Counted from the first letter of the stretch, positions 26,777-37,513 are shown. The stretch: 64,000 nt of DNA from Nannocystales bacterium (GCA_050633305.1 JBOEGF010000010.1:64001-128000); one strand, 5' to 3'. The notes: generated by a model from the sequence alone, not told the origin. A program made the numbers and translations.

Positions 26777-28009
26777 TCAGCAGGGAGCTGGGGGATAGTC
26801 GGTGCTGAACGAGAGCGTGAACGGGGTGTTGTTCGCGTCGATCTGGGTACCGTCGCCGTCGAAACAACGGACTCGAGCTCGGTACCCGGTGCCGGGCGCG
26901 GACCAGTTGACGATCTTACAGTTCCGGTCGGTGCTGCCGTAGTCGCTCACCATGGGGACGTACTCGGCCCAGCTCGCCGGGGGCCATCCGGTGTCCGAGA
27001 GCGACACGTTGATGTCGAGACCGACGCTGGCGGTGGAGAACGTCCCGGGCGAGTCGCAGGAGTATCGCGGAAACGACTTGCTATACGAACTGGAGGCGGT
27101 CCCAGACGAAATCCAGGTGTGTCCTCCTGCGTTACCCAAGAGCATGGTGTCTTCCATGTACGTGAGGGCGAACTGGGATTGGGTGGCGTTGCCGTCGCTG
27201 TCGAAGCACTTCACGCGGGCCGTACCCCAACCCCAGTAGTTTGCGCGGCAGCTGTCGCCGACGTATCCGTTTGCCGTGACGTGAACTGAAGCGTTCCCGA
27301 AGTTCATCCCGGGAAGCGTGACGTCGTACGCTTGTGCGGAAGCATTCCACGTGACCGTGTTGACTCCACCTGTGGAGTTCCAGGAGTACGTCGCCGCCCC
27401 GGAAGCGGGACTGGAGAGGTACGCGCCCGTTTGGTAGATGCTGGTTCCGGAGAGCGACTGAAATGTGACGACGAAGGCGCTGTCGACATACGCGCCATCG
27501 GGGTCGAAGCAGGAGATCTGTGGACCCGTTCCTCCCGCTCCGCCGACTCGTTTACACGCAGCATTGCTGGTGCCGTACGCGACGACTTGAACGTTCATGT
27601 ATGGGGATGGGGTGATGTCGACGAGGTAGCGACCCGTGCCGAGCTTCGACGATGAGATCGTGCCGGTGTGGACGTCGGAAGCGCCGAGGCTGCCCGAGCT
27701 TGTGACCCAAGCCCACCCTGCCTGGTGGGTCGTTGACAGCGAAGGGTCGAGCGGGGCATGCAGCATGAGGTCTGCGTCCGCGGGCGCGCCCGCGGGCTCG
27801 TCGGTCGCTTCTGCCTCCCGGCCAAACCCTCCGACTCCGTCGGGGTCGAGTGCGGACCCTTCGTGGTCCAGCAGCGCCAGTTCCTCGAGCTGTTCCTGGT
27901 TGTCGCTGGGATCTTGTCCGTCACACGCCGCGAGGAGCGTGAGGGCCAAGGCGGCGAGGCCCGCGAGCATTCGGGGGTGCATTCGGTTGATTGGGTGTTC
28001 GTGACGCAT
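26777..28009 (-). CDS. Lipoprotein with three tandem beta-rich repeats of about 95 aa
   Basis: Lipobox LAAC; three copies of V..(Y/N)G...C......CFD.DG......F... Confidence 0.75.
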   Translation of the reverse strand: MRHEHPINRMHPRMLAGLAALALTLLAACDGQDPSDNQEQLEELALLDHEGSALDPDGVGGFGREAEATDEPAGAPADADLMLHAPLDPSLSTTHQAGWAWVTSSGSLGASDVHTGTISSSKLGTGRYLVDITPSPYMNVQVVAYGTSNAACKRVGGAGGTGPQISCFDPDGAYVDSAFVVTFQSLSGTSIYQTGAYLSSPASGAATYSWNSTGGVNTVTWNASAQAYDVTLPGMNFGNASVHVTANGYVGDSCRANYWGWGTARVKCFDSDGNATQSQFALTYMEDTMLLGNAGGHTWISSGTASSSYSKSFPRYSCDSPGTFSTASVGLDINVSLSDTGWPPASWAEYVPMVSDYGSTDRNCKIVNWSAPGTGYRARVRCFDGDGTQIDANNTPFTLSFSTDYPPAPC

Positions 28010-28740
28010 TGCGTTGTCTCGTTTCGTTGGAAGCCGAGCGACACGGCCAACTCCGCGTGGCCCGGCCGCGGCGAGCTAGTCGCACCCCAACGCAAAACGT
28101 TCCGAAGAATTGTTGCCGCGAAGCCGCAATCCCTCGCGGTGACGAGAACGTCGACGTCCCGGCCAAGCCTGTTGTCAGCGTCGGGGCGGACGGCCGGCTC
28201 GGATCTCCGTCGCCCCGAGGACCGGAAGCGTCCGAGCCGTGGCGAGGTCGGCCGAAAGCGGGCGACCAACGCTCGGCGAAGGAGCTCGCTGGGCCGACGA
28301 GTTTGCGCGGCCTCGCGCAACCACGGCGCGAGGCCGCCGGTTCTCACGCCATCGCGGCTGTCTTGGATGTTTCCCCAATCCCAGTCGTCGACGAACCCTC
28401 CGGGCGAGGCGTGCTCGAAGGCCTCGGTTTCGGAGGGCAGGTTTGGAGTGGGGGGCGAGTAGGGGGGAAGAGTTCCATGAGGCTCGGTCCTTTCACCGAG
28501 CCGGGTCGACGCGACGGGGCGGCGTGGCTCGATGGGCAGGTCGTCCGACGCCGGGCGAAGAACGTCCCAACAAACTCCGGCAAGAGGACCCGCAGCGGCG
28601 CTCGTCGTGACAGGCACGTCTCTCAGTCGAGCCCGTCGCCTTCCTGGGCTACGAATGGTGCAAGGAGACGATGGGGTCGTGGACGGTGGACCACGGACCG
28701 TGCTTGATGGCGACCCCGTCGGCGCGGTACCCCTCATGCC

Positions 28741-30492
28741 ATGAACTCGCGCGTGGCTTTGTGTGCTCTGTGTTTCGTCGTCGCCTGCGACTCGGCGAAG
28801 GAGGAGGATTCGTCCAAGAAAGACGCTGGTGCGTCCGACAAGGCGGAGGCGAAAACGGACAAGGACGAGAAGCCTTCGGAGGACGTGAAGCCATCCACGG
28901 AGAAGGACGAGAAACCGTCCGAGGCACCGGACACGGCGGCGTCCAAGGAGTGCCCCAAAGAACTCAAGGGGGCGCAGGAAGGCGACGTCGTGATCACGAA
29001 GGCATGCGGCGCGGTGCCGGTGACGGCGACGTACAAGGTGAACGGGTCCACGCTCACCCTCGAGGCCGGCGCAACGCTTGAGTTTGCTGATGGCGCCGAG
29101 CTTCAGGTCGGGTACTACGAGCCCGCCAAGCTCATCGTGCAGGGCACCGCGTCGGAGCCCGTGATGATGACGAGCAAGGGGGACAAGGCGGCCGGCGTCT
29201 GGAAAGGCGTGCGCTTGTACTCCAAGGCCGCCCGCTCCAGTGTGACCGGGTTGGTGCTCGAGTACGCGGGCGAGGACAAGCACGGCGCGCTCAAGGTCGA
29301 CGCGCCCGATGTCCGCGTCGAGAAATCCAAGTTTCAGCATCTCAAGGGCGCAGGCATCGTCACCGACCGGGAGGCGTCCTTCGCTGCATTCACGGACAAC
29401 AGCTTCACCGATGTCGGCAAAGTCGCGATTCGGCTCCCGGCCAACGTCGTCGGAGGCCTAGGCATCGGCAACACCTACGACGAAGCTGCACGCATCGTAG
29501 TGCCGGGCGGGTCCATCAAGGACGACGCCCACTGGATGGCTCAGGGCGTCGCGGTTCAGATTGGCGGAGAGGTCAAAGTCAACGGGGAAGATGGGGCTCG
29601 TGCGAAGTTGAGCCTTGACCCTGGGACGCGGCTCGAGTTCGGTGGGTCCGGTCGCATCGTCACCGGCTACTACGGCGAGGCCACGCTCGAGGCTCGGGGA
29701 AGCAAGGACAAGCCGATCGTGTTCACATCCTCCGACCGCGAGGAAGCGGGTTCATGGCGGGGGGTGTTCATCTCCGGCAAGGGCGAGGGGGACTTCGAGC
29801 ACGTCGAGTTCAACCACGGCGGCAAGGACGAGCGAGAAGGCGTCCTGAAGGCAGACGGTGCCGCCCGACTCTCCGTCGAACAGTGCACGTTCAACAAGAA
29901 CACCACCGGAGTGGTGCTGCGCGGTGCTGAGGTCAAGCTGACGAAGTTCGCCAACAACACGTTCACCGCGACGCCTGGCTCGGTTCGGGTGAACGCGGCT
30001 GTGATGGGGGGCGTTGGGGACGGCAACACCTACGACGCGGGTTCAGTGGTTGTGGTCGAGAACGGGCGCGTGAACGCGGATGCCACGTGGGCCCTCCAAC
30101 CGGGCGCGCAGGTGCAGATGGACGGCAACCTTCAGGTCTCTGGCGGAAAGCTCGAGCTGCCCGCTGGCTACACCCTCGCGTTCAAGGATGGAGCGTCGAT
30201 GACGGTGGGGTACTACGACACCGGCTCGCTCATCGCCCAAGGGACGGCGGACAAGCCCATCACGTTTAGCGGGCAGCGTGACGAGGCCGGCGCGTGGAAG
30301 GGGCTGAGCTTCCACAGCAAGGCCAGCGCTAACGATGTGAAGAACCTGGTCCTGCGGAACACTGCCGCTCCCGCGCTCAAGATCGACAAGAGCGCCAGCG
30401 GAACGGTCGATGGCGTCAAGTGTGAGACCTGTGCGGGGGAGGTCGTGAAGAAGGCCGACGGCTCGAGCTTCGAGGTCAAGAACGCCCAGTAG
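28741..30492 (+). CDS. Lipoprotein with three internal repeats, predicted right-handed beta-helix
   Basis: Lipobox VVAC; Lys/Asp linker; three GYY...L...G(T/S)...P......AG.W.G repeats. Confidence 0.75.
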   Translation: MNSRVALCALCFVVACDSAKEEDSSKKDAGASDKAEAKTDKDEKPSEDVKPSTEKDEKPSEAPDTAASKECPKELKGAQEGDVVITKACGAVPVTATYKVNGSTLTLEAGATLEFADGAELQVGYYEPAKLIVQGTASEPVMMTSKGDKAAGVWKGVRLYSKAARSSVTGLVLEYAGEDKHGALKVDAPDVRVEKSKFQHLKGAGIVTDREASFAAFTDNSFTDVGKVAIRLPANVVGGLGIGNTYDEAARIVVPGGSIKDDAHWMAQGVAVQIGGEVKVNGEDGARAKLSLDPGTRLEFGGSGRIVTGYYGEATLEARGSKDKPIVFTSSDREEAGSWRGVFISGKGEGDFEHVEFNHGGKDEREGVLKADGAARLSVEQCTFNKNTTGVVLRGAEVKLTKFANNTFTATPGSVRVNAAVMGGVGDGNTYDAGSVVVVENGRVNADATWALQPGAQVQMDGNLQVSGGKLELPAGYTLAFKDGASMTVGYYDTGSLIAQGTADKPITFSGQRDEAGAWKGLSFHSKASANDVKNLVLRNTAAPALKIDKSASGTVDGVKCETCAGEVVKKADGSSFEVKNAQ

Positions 30493-31372
30493 CGGGCGCT
30501 CGAAGAACGCTTGAGAGCCTGTCCATCAGCGGCGTGACATAGGTTGTTCGGCGCTGGATGAGGTGGATGGGCAGCGACGCACGCAGCTGCGGCGCGTCGA
30601 GCACCTGCAGGGTGCCGAGGCGAAGCTCTTCTCCGACGCTGCTTCGTGGGAGAAGCCCAACACCGAAGTCGGCTTCAATCATTCGTTTCTGCGCGGTGAG
30701 GCTGTCGACCTCCAAAACTTCACTCGAGCCTAGACCTGCAGCAGCCAACTGCCGGAGCAAGAGGTTCCCAAACCCTTGTCCGTCTTCGGAAGCAGGAAAC
30801 CCGACCCACGTTGCGTCCAGGATCGTCTCGAGGCCGGTCTTGTTCGGAGTGGGTCGGGACCCGGATGCGACAACCACAAGCGGTTCGTCGCCGACCTGTT
30901 CGGAGGAGATATCGTCGTGTCGGTCTGCGAAGTAGCGGAGACCGAGCTGAGCGGTGCCGTTTCGGACAAGCTGGCTCACCTGAACGCTCAACGCAGTTCG
31001 CAGCTTCAAGTGCCCGTGACCCGCATCGTCGCGGAACCGCTTGAGTCGCGTGGTGAGGTCAGTGGCGGCGAGCGTACCGACCAGTGCGAGCGTGACGATG
31101 CCGCCCAAAGAGCCAGCGGAAGCGAGCACGGCCGCGCGACCGTCCTGCACCGCGGCGAGGGTCCTCCGGGCGAAGGGGAGGAAAGCGGTGCCCGCGTCGG
31201 TCAGCGTGACTCTCGACGGGAGCCGATCGAACATCGGCTGGCCTAGCGCATGCTCAAGCTGGCCGATCCGGCGACTGACGGCGGGCTGAGTGAGGTGCAG
31301 CTGCGTCGCTGCCGCGGAGAAGCTGTGGGTGTCTGTCACCGCAACGAAGGCTTCGATCTGGCTCAGCTCCAT
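30476..31372 (-). CDS. LysR family transcriptional regulator
   Basis: MELSQIEAFVAV...SFSAAATQLHLTQPAVSRRIGQLE..LG..MFDR...LTDAG. Confidence 0.93.
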   Translation of the reverse strand: MELSQIEAFVAVTDTHSFSAAATQLHLTQPAVSRRIGQLEHALGQPMFDRLPSRVTLTDAGTAFLPFARRTLAAVQDGRAAVLASAGSLGGIVTLALVGTLAATDLTTRLKRFRDDAGHGHLKLRTALSVQVSQLVRNGTAQLGLRYFADRHDDISSEQVGDEPLVVVASGSRPTPNKTGLETILDATWVGFPASEDGQGFGNLLLRQLAAAGLGSSEVLEVDSLTAQKRMIEADFGVGLLPRSSVGEELRLGTLQVLDAPQLRASLPIHLIQRRTTYVTPLMDRLSSVLRAPATGRS

Positions 31373-31388
31373 GTCTTCGATGGGGGGT

Positions 31389-31403
31389 ATAGCGTATTTG
31401 CAT
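31389..31403. promoter_or_regulatory. Candidate LysR box (T-N11-A; ATAGCGTATTTGCAT)
   Basis: AT-rich partial dyad between the divergent LysR gene and its neighbour. Confidence 0.45.
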
Positions 31404-31448
31404 TCGACCCCCGGGCCTCCGAGCCGTAGCGTCGATGCATCCGCAGAC

Positions 31449-32297
31449 ATGGCGACCCAACAAGAAAAGGCGAGAGCGTTCCTGGCGGCCCACCACAGCA
31501 ATGAATGCATGCTCATTCCCAACGCGTGGGACGGCGGCAGCGCTCGGATGCTGGAGGCTGCCGGGTTTCCGGCGATTCTCACCACGAGTGCAGGCATTGC
31601 CTTCTCGATGGGGCGCCCGGACTACTGCGACACGAACGACCCTCGGAAATTGCCCCGAGAGACCATGCTCCAGCGTCTGGCGGAGATTGTGCGCGCGGTG
31701 GATGTCCCGGTGAGCGCAGATCTCGAGGCCGGCTACGGCGAGACGCCGTCTGAGGTGGCGCAGACGATCCGGATGGCGATCGATGTCGGCCTTGTGGGCT
31801 GTAACCTCGAGGATGTTGCGGGCGCGACATCGGAGCTGTTCCCCGTCGATGCCGCCTCGGCGAGGATTCGTGCTGCTCGGGAAGCCGCGGATGGGACCGG
31901 GGTTCCGCTGGTGATCAACGCCCGCACGGATGCGTTCTTGGTCGGCAGCAACGAGCCGCTCGCGGAGAGCATCCGACGTTGCAATCGCTACCGAGCCGCC
32001 GGAGCAGATTGCGTGTTCGTCCCTGGCGTCGTCGACCCCGAGACCATCGGGACGTTGGTCCGGGAGATCGACGCGCCGGTCTCCGTTGTCATGGGGTTGC
32101 TGCCCGACTCGCTGGATCTTGCACGGCTCCATGCGTTGGGCGTGCGGAGGGTGAGCGTCGGCGGGAGTTTGGCTCGGATGGCGTTGGCAAGCATCAGCCG
32201 AGCCGCGGAGGAGCTGAAGTCTCGGGGAACGTTCGGCTACGCCGCGGACCAGATGTCGACCGGTGAGCTGAACCGCCTATTTGGGGCCGCCTCCTAG
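31449..32297 (+). CDS. Isocitrate lyase / PEP mutase family protein
   Basis: PNAWDGGSARMLEAAGF..TTSAGIA, PVSADLEAGYG, NLED, INARTD, AGADCVFVPG. Confidence 0.92.
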   Translation: MATQQEKARAFLAAHHSNECMLIPNAWDGGSARMLEAAGFPAILTTSAGIAFSMGRPDYCDTNDPRKLPRETMLQRLAEIVRAVDVPVSADLEAGYGETPSEVAQTIRMAIDVGLVGCNLEDVAGATSELFPVDAASARIRAAREAADGTGVPLVINARTDAFLVGSNEPLAESIRRCNRYRAAGADCVFVPGVVDPETIGTLVREIDAPVSVVMGLLPDSLDLARLHALGVRRVSVGGSLARMALASISRAAEELKSRGTFGYAADQMSTGELNRLFGAAS

Positions 32298-33832
32298 ATC
32301 TTGAAGCGGTGCTTCGTGGTCTGACTGCGCTGGGCTGCCCCGAACCGCGCCCGCTTGATCGCCTTGACGATGCAGTCGACGCCAGCCTTGGCGTGTGTGC
32401 CTTTGACGTCGACTCGGCTCGCCCGGCCCTGCGTGGCGATAGCGACCGTGACATCGACACTCTCGCCCCGGAACAGCCCGGCCTTCTTGCCACAGGCGCT
32501 CACCTTGCCGTTGAGCTTGCCGAGCGTCTGCGCCACGGCTCGCTTGCTTCTGCGAACGGGGACATCGGCGGCTGGGGCGGGCTCTGCACTGGGTTCCACC
32601 GAGGCCTCGACCGGAGGGGTCTGTGGCTGTTCCGGCGGGTTGGGGACGGCCACGGGGTTGGTCGGTGGATCCGCAGCCGCCGTCGGAGATTCGGCCGCCA
32701 CCGCGTCCTGCACTTCGGGCTCCGCTGCGGGCTCCCGTTCCTTGGAGGGGATGGGGGAGGATGCGGCGAGTGCTGCGGGCTTGGGCGCCAGTGAGGCTTC
32801 GTCACCGCCGCGTGTGGCGACCCAACCCACCGCGAGTGCCCCGAGTGCGACCGCGGCAAACATCGTCCCGATCCGCAGAGGTGTCCATGGGGTTGGGGAA
32901 CCCGCGCCGGCGTCGTCGATCTGCTCGAGCGCATCGATGAACTCGGCAGCGCTCGCGAAGCGCTCGGCGGGGTCCTTCGCCAACGCCTTGAGCACCAGCG
33001 CGTCGACCAGGCTCCCGAATCCCGCTTCGGGGCACTCGGCGCTAGGCGGCTTCGGAGCGTTGTGCACGTGCAGGAACACGGTCGCCATCGCGTTGCCAGC
33101 CTTGAATGGGACGCGGCCGGTCAGCATCCGGTACAAGATGATGCCCACCGAGTAGAGATCGGAGCGGCCGTCGAGCTCCATGCCTTGGCCCTGTTCGGGA
33201 GACATGTAGTCGGCGGTCCCCATGATCGCGCCGGTCTGCGTGAGCTGCTCTTCGGAAGCGCCGTCACGTAGCTTGGCGATTCCGAAGTCGATGATCTTGA
33301 CGAACTCGGGGTTGTTCTCGCGGGGGCAGACGAAGCAGTTGTGCGGCTTCACGTCGCGGTGAATGATGCCGACGTCGTGCGCGGCTCCGAGTCCTTCGAG
33401 GATCTGGATCGTGAGGGCCTTGGCGCGGGACCACGACAGGGGACCTTCGCGCTTGACGATCGCGCTGAGGTCCTCGCCGTCGAGGTACTCCATCACGAAG
33501 AAAGCGAGACCATCGATCTCACCGAAGTCGGTGATGTCGACGATGTGCTTGTGGCGGATCTTCGAGGTGGCTCTCGCCTCCTGAATGAACCGGCTGATGG
33601 TCTTGGGACGACGGGCTCGGTCTGGCGCAAGAAGCTTGATCGCGACGAGCTTATCGATGCCGCTGTGGCGGGCGAGGTAGACCTCACCCATCCCGCCTTC
33701 ACCGATGAGGCGCTGAATCTCGTAGCGTCCAGCCAGGACGGTGCCCGCGGCGAGGGCCGGTTGGTCCTCCTGCACCCGCTCTGGTGCGGTCACGCTGGTG
33801 TCGTCCCGCGTGCTGGACTCACTCGACCCCAC
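32294..33832 (-). CDS. Membrane-anchored Ser/Thr protein kinase (Hanks type) with extracytoplasmic C-terminal domain
   Basis: IGEGGMGEVY, VAIK, HRDVKPHN, IDFGIAK, YMSPEQ, DLYSVG; TM helix then Pro-rich linker; GTG start approximate. Confidence 0.93.
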   Translation of the reverse strand: MGSSESSTRDDTSVTAPERVQEDQPALAAGTVLAGRYEIQRLIGEGGMGEVYLARHSGIDKLVAIKLLAPDRARRPKTISRFIQEARATSKIRHKHIVDITDFGEIDGLAFFVMEYLDGEDLSAIVKREGPLSWSRAKALTIQILEGLGAAHDVGIIHRDVKPHNCFVCPRENNPEFVKIIDFGIAKLRDGASEEQLTQTGAIMGTADYMSPEQGQGMELDGRSDLYSVGIILYRMLTGRVPFKAGNAMATVFLHVHNAPKPPSAECPEAGFGSLVDALVLKALAKDPAERFASAAEFIDALEQIDDAGAGSPTPWTPLRIGTMFAAVALGALAVGWVATRGGDEASLAPKPAALAASSPIPSKEREPAAEPEVQDAVAAESPTAAADPPTNPVAVPNPPEQPQTPPVEASVEPSAEPAPAADVPVRRSKRAVAQTLGKLNGKVSACGKKAGLFRGESVDVTVAIATQGRASRVDVKGTHAKAGVDCIVKAIKRARFGAAQRSQTTKHRFKI

Positions 33833-33926
33833 CGCCCGAGTATAGCCGTCTGCTTGAGAGGACGTGGTACACGGCGCTATCATGCGTCGGGTGCGGGGGA
33901 GGCGAGGGAGCGGAGGATGTCGGTGG

Positions 33927-34775
33927 GTGAGCGCTCTAGCGCTGATCCTGAGCGTGGGTGCGCCGCGCCCGGCTTCGGCCCAACCGCCCGAATCAGCCCC
34001 CAATGCGGTGCCTGCTCCCGATCAGGGGTCCTTGTGGCGCGATGCGCAGGCCAAGCTCGAGACCGCCGACTACTCGGGGGCGATTGACGCGCTGACCGTG
34101 CTGTACGAGCAGGTGGTCCACGATCCCGAGGCTGACGCCCTGCGAAACCGGGTGAGGGTTTCCCTGCAAGAGGCACATGTCGGCGCGTACGGCGTGGACG
34201 GTGACAAGGAACACCTCGTCGTCGCGCTGGATCTCCTCGATCGCTCTCTCGAGAGCCTCCCGGAAAGTGAGGCGCCTCAGCGGGAGAGCCTCACCTCACG
34301 GCGGGCCGAAGTTCAGGCGCTACTCGACGCACACCCCGAACCCGAGCCGGAACCGGAGCCCGAGCCGATCCCGGAGCCTCAGGTGGAACCGGAGCCCGAG
34401 CCGGAACCGGAACCCGAGCCGAAGCCCGAACCCACGGAGCCGGAACCCGTGAGGGACACCGGGCGGCCGCTCATCATCGCCGGGGCGGTACTCGCGGGCG
34501 TCGGTTTGATCGGCAATGGGCTGTTGGTCGGGGGGCTCGTGTCCGCGAACAACGCCGTCGCGACGTTTGAGACGGAGCCAGCGCGACGCAATGACGCACG
34601 GCAGGACATCACACGCGGCAACAGACTCGGAATCGCGGGCGGCGTTGTTGGCGGGGTGTTCACCGTGGCGGGGGCCGTCATGATCACGCTTGGCGTCCGC
34701 AAGCGACAAACCGGTGGGGTTTCGCCGATGATGGATGCGCAAACGATGGGGGTGCAATGGTCCGGTCGGTTCTAG
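33927..34775 (+). CDS. Exported TPR-like protein with (PE)n linker, two Gly-rich hydrophobic helices and C-terminal ...QWSGRF
   Basis: GGAGGA 9 nt before GTG 33927; alternative ATG at 33882. Confidence 0.7.
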   Translation: MSALALILSVGAPRPASAQPPESAPNAVPAPDQGSLWRDAQAKLETADYSGAIDALTVLYEQVVHDPEADALRNRVRVSLQEAHVGAYGVDGDKEHLVVALDLLDRSLESLPESEAPQRESLTSRRAEVQALLDAHPEPEPEPEPEPIPEPQVEPEPEPEPEPEPKPEPTEPEPVRDTGRPLIIAGAVLAGVGLIGNGLLVGGLVSANNAVATFETEPARRNDARQDITRGNRLGIAGGVVGGVFTVAGAVMITLGVRKRQTGGVSPMMDAQTMGVQWSGRF

Positions 34776-35860
34776 GAATCGCCACGTTGGTGGCGTTGGC
34801 AGGTTGTCCGATTCCCAGCACGTTGGGCCTCCCGTGCGAGACCAACGCCCACTGCGATGACGGTGAGTTCTGTGTCGAGGAAACGTGCATGCGGGCACCT
34901 CCCGGCGAGACGATGGGGATGATGACGGGGCCTCCGATTCCCCCTACGACCACGACGTCGTCCACGACGGGGGATGACTCCACGTCCTCGACCACCGATT
35001 CTTCAGCCACCTCGTCGGTCGAGTCGTCCTCGAGCTCGACCACGGAGCCTGTGACCAGCAGCGGCTCCACCGGTCCGTCGTGCGGCGTCGACTCGTGTAC
35101 CGACCTCGACATCCTGCTGCTCATCGACACGTCGGACAGCATGTCGCAGTGGCTCGCCCCGTTGGCCAACTCGCTGCCGTCGCTGTTCGCCCTGTTCGAC
35201 GAGGAACTCTCGTCGGTGTGTTCGTTCCACGTGGGCATTGCGAACGCTGACCGGGTTCCCGAGGCGAACACCGCCGAGTGCCAGTATGCCGGGGCGCTCA
35301 TTCAGCGACCGTCCAGCTGCAGCAACGTCGAAGGCGCTCCGGCGTACTACAGCACCGAGATCGATGGCGAGGCTTCGACTGCCTTCGCCGCACTCCAGTG
35401 CACGATCCTGTCCGAGGGGTTCAGCGGAAGCGACGACGAGTACATGCTGGAATCGATGCTCGGCGCGCTCGACCCAACGAACAACGCCGAGGGCGCGTGC
35501 AACGATGGCTTCAGGCGGCCTGATGCGAACCTGGTGATCCTCTACGTCAGCGACGAGGACGATCCAACGCCGATGGACGAGATCGACACCGTCGCCGAGA
35601 CCTTCCTCGAGTACGTCGACCCAAATTTGGTTGCGTTCATCTCGGTCGTGGCGGACCCGACCAATGTCGCAGACGAGTGTGTCTGGGACCCCGATGCTGG
35701 CGATGAGGGAACGGGCGCCGAGACACCGACGGGGCACAACGGATTTCTCGCACTCAGCGAAATTCCGCTCCTGCAGCAGGCCCGGGTCGACATCTGTCAG
35801 ATGCGCGCCTACGAGTTCAGCGATGCTTTCGAGGTCTTCACCTCGATCTGCGAGGGCTGA
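34757..35860 (+). CDS. Lipoprotein with Cys-rich N-terminus and vWA-like domain
   Basis: Lipobox LAGC; C....HC....FC....[14 protein letters not shown] (MIDAS DxSxS); [18 protein letters not shown]. Confidence 0.8.
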   Translation: MVRSVLGIATLVALAGCPIPSTLGLPCETNAHCDDGEFCVEETCMRAPPGETMGMMTGPPIPPTTTTSSTTGDDSTSSTTDSSATSSVESSSSSTTEPVTSSGSTGPSCGVDSCTDLDILLLIDTSDSMSQWLAPLANSLPSLFALFDEELSSVCSFHVGIANADRVPEANTAECQYAGALIQRPSSCSNVEGAPAYYSTEIDGEASTAFAALQCTILSEGFSGSDDEYMLESMLGALDPTNNAEGACNDGFRRPDANLVILYVSDEDDPTPMDEIDTVAETFLEYVDPNLVAFISVVADPTNVADECVWDPDAGDEGTGAETPTGHNGFLALSEIPLLQQARVDICQMRAYEFSDAFEVFTSICEG

Positions 35861-35867
35861 AGCCGGC

Positions 35868-36587
35868 TCAAAACGTCGGGAGACCTTGCTCGAACGCACG
35901 GTGTTCGAGCGGACCCCAGGCTGCGACGGCCTGAAGCATGCCGCAGCGTTCCTTCTCTGCCTCCCAGTCGCAGCTCGCCAGCTCTGTGCTTAGGGATTCG
36001 ATCGGGACGAGGCTCTTGGTACGAGGGCGTAGCGCGAGGGAGCTGCGTGCCCCTGGGAAGTTCGGCTCGTCGCGTTCGGAGTCATGGCAAACGAAGCAGA
36101 CGGTGATGTTGTCGTGCTCCGGGTTGCGGATTCGGGCGTAGGCTGCGTCTTCCTCGAGCGCCGCGCGAAGGGGGAACTCGATCTCCCCCTTGACGGTCCG
36201 ACCTGGGCTGACCGTCTCGCCGAACTCGATGAGGTCTTTGCCCTCCCCGCCGACCGCCGCGGTGATGATCAGCGCATCTCCCGAGAAGATGAACAGCCGG
36301 GGACTCCGCGCTCCGTCGGCCGGCTGCATGCTGGCCTTGCTCTTCGAAGCCTCGACATGCAGCGGACGATCGAGGGCTTCGAGGAAACAGGCCGCGGTCG
36401 CGGGTTGGGGCAAGCTGTTCGCGAGCGCCACCGCCTCGGCAATGCTCTGTGGACTCCCGGTTGTCCCCGGCCCTGGCTGGCAGCGCCTGAGATCGAGGTC
36501 GCCGAAGATGTCCTGTGCGGTCGACGGGACCGATTCGCAGCCGGTCAGGCCGAGCAGCAGCAAGGCCGTGATGCTCGAAGCACGCAT
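35868..36587 (-). CDS. Lipoprotein with a single c-type haem motif
   Basis: Lipobox LTGC; CFVCH. Confidence 0.65.
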   Translation of the reverse strand: MRASSITALLLLGLTGCESVPSTAQDIFGDLDLRRCQPGPGTTGSPQSIAEAVALANSLPQPATAACFLEALDRPLHVEASKSKASMQPADGARSPRLFIFSGDALIITAAVGGEGKDLIEFGETVSPGRTVKGEIEFPLRAALEEDAAYARIRNPEHDNITVCFVCHDSERDEPNFPGARSSLALRPRTKSLVPIESLSTELASCDWEAEKERCGMLQAVAAWGPLEHRAFEQGLPTF

Positions 36588-36682
36588 TCGCCTCACCTTG
36601 CCCAACTTGCCCGCCGGTTCGCCACGTGGATGCAGGTGAGGAGCTGCACGCATACGTTGCTGCCTTCGGGTACAGTCGCGGC

Positions 36683-37513
36683 GTGATCGACGAGCTTGCG
36701 TTCACGACGTTGGGTGGGACGCAGCGCGCGGTCGTGGACTCGCCCTCTGGAGTTCCTCGGGGTGCCGTCGTTGTCGCGCCCGCCTTGGGCGTTCGCGCGT
36801 CGTACTACCGCAAGCTTTGCGGTGCCCTGAACGGGCTTGGGTTCGCCACCGCGGCCGTGGACCTTCCCGGACAGGGCGAGAGCCCGGTGCGGGCGAACCG
36901 TCGGACCGACTGGGGCTATGACTCGATCATTGAGCACTACGGAGCTGCGCTTCGGGCTTTGCATGCCTCGATGCCCGAGTGCCCCATGTTCGTCGTGGGT
37001 CACTCCATTGGGGGCCAAGTCGCGTTGATGACCGCGGGGATGGAGATCCCGGGTCTTCGCGGCGTGGTGGTTGTGGCGTCCGGATGTCCGTACTGGCGAA
37101 CGTGGGACGGTGCGGAGGCATATCGGATTCGCGCTGCGACGTGGACGTGCGGTGCGATGGCGCGTTCGCTGGGCGTGTTCCCCGGGGATAAGGTCGGCTT
37201 TGGAGGGCGTGAGGCGAAGACGTTGATCGTTCAGTGGGCCCATGCCGCACAGACCGGCAGGTATGCCCACGGTGAGTTCGACGGGGATGCGCTGCTCGCC
37301 AAGCCTGGTCCTCCAACGCTCGGTATTCGCGTGGAGGGCGACACATGGGCGCCCGAGCGCTCCGTCCGGCTGACGTTGGACCGCTTGCGGGCTCGCGAGG
37401 TGTCCTTCGAGCGTTGGAGTTCGGCGCCGCATGGCGGCAACCACAACCGCTGGCCCTCCGAGCCCGGGCACGTGGCCTCGCGCGTTCGCGCGTTCGCCGA
37501 CGGCCTCGGGTGA
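36683..37513 (+). CDS. Predicted alpha/beta hydrolase
   Basis: APALGVRASYY, DLPGQGES, GHSIGGQ, C-terminal HNRW. Confidence 0.85.
   Translation: MIDELAFTTLGGTQRAVVDSPSGVPRGAVVVAPALGVRASYYRKLCGALNGLGFATAAVDLPGQGESPVRANRRTDWGYDSIIEHYGAALRALHASMPECPMFVVGHSIGGQVALMTAGMEIPGLRGVVVVASGCPYWRTWDGAEAYRIRAATWTCGAMARSLGVFPGDKVGFGGREAKTLIVQWAHAAQTGRYAHGEFDGDALLAKPGPPTLGIRVEGDTWAPERSVRLTLDRLRAREVSFERWSSAPHGGNHNRWPSEPGHVASRVRAFADGLG

Noticed and set aside
28481..28502. GAAA-containing hairpin as part of a c-di-GMP-I riboswitch
   Set aside because: The flanking GCAAAC and GACGCAAA consensus elements are absent
34335..34448. Tandem 6-bp-period repeats here and at about 59056-59118 and 60811-60843
   Set aside because: They encode Pro-Glu linkers inside CDSs; not CRISPR or mobile repeats
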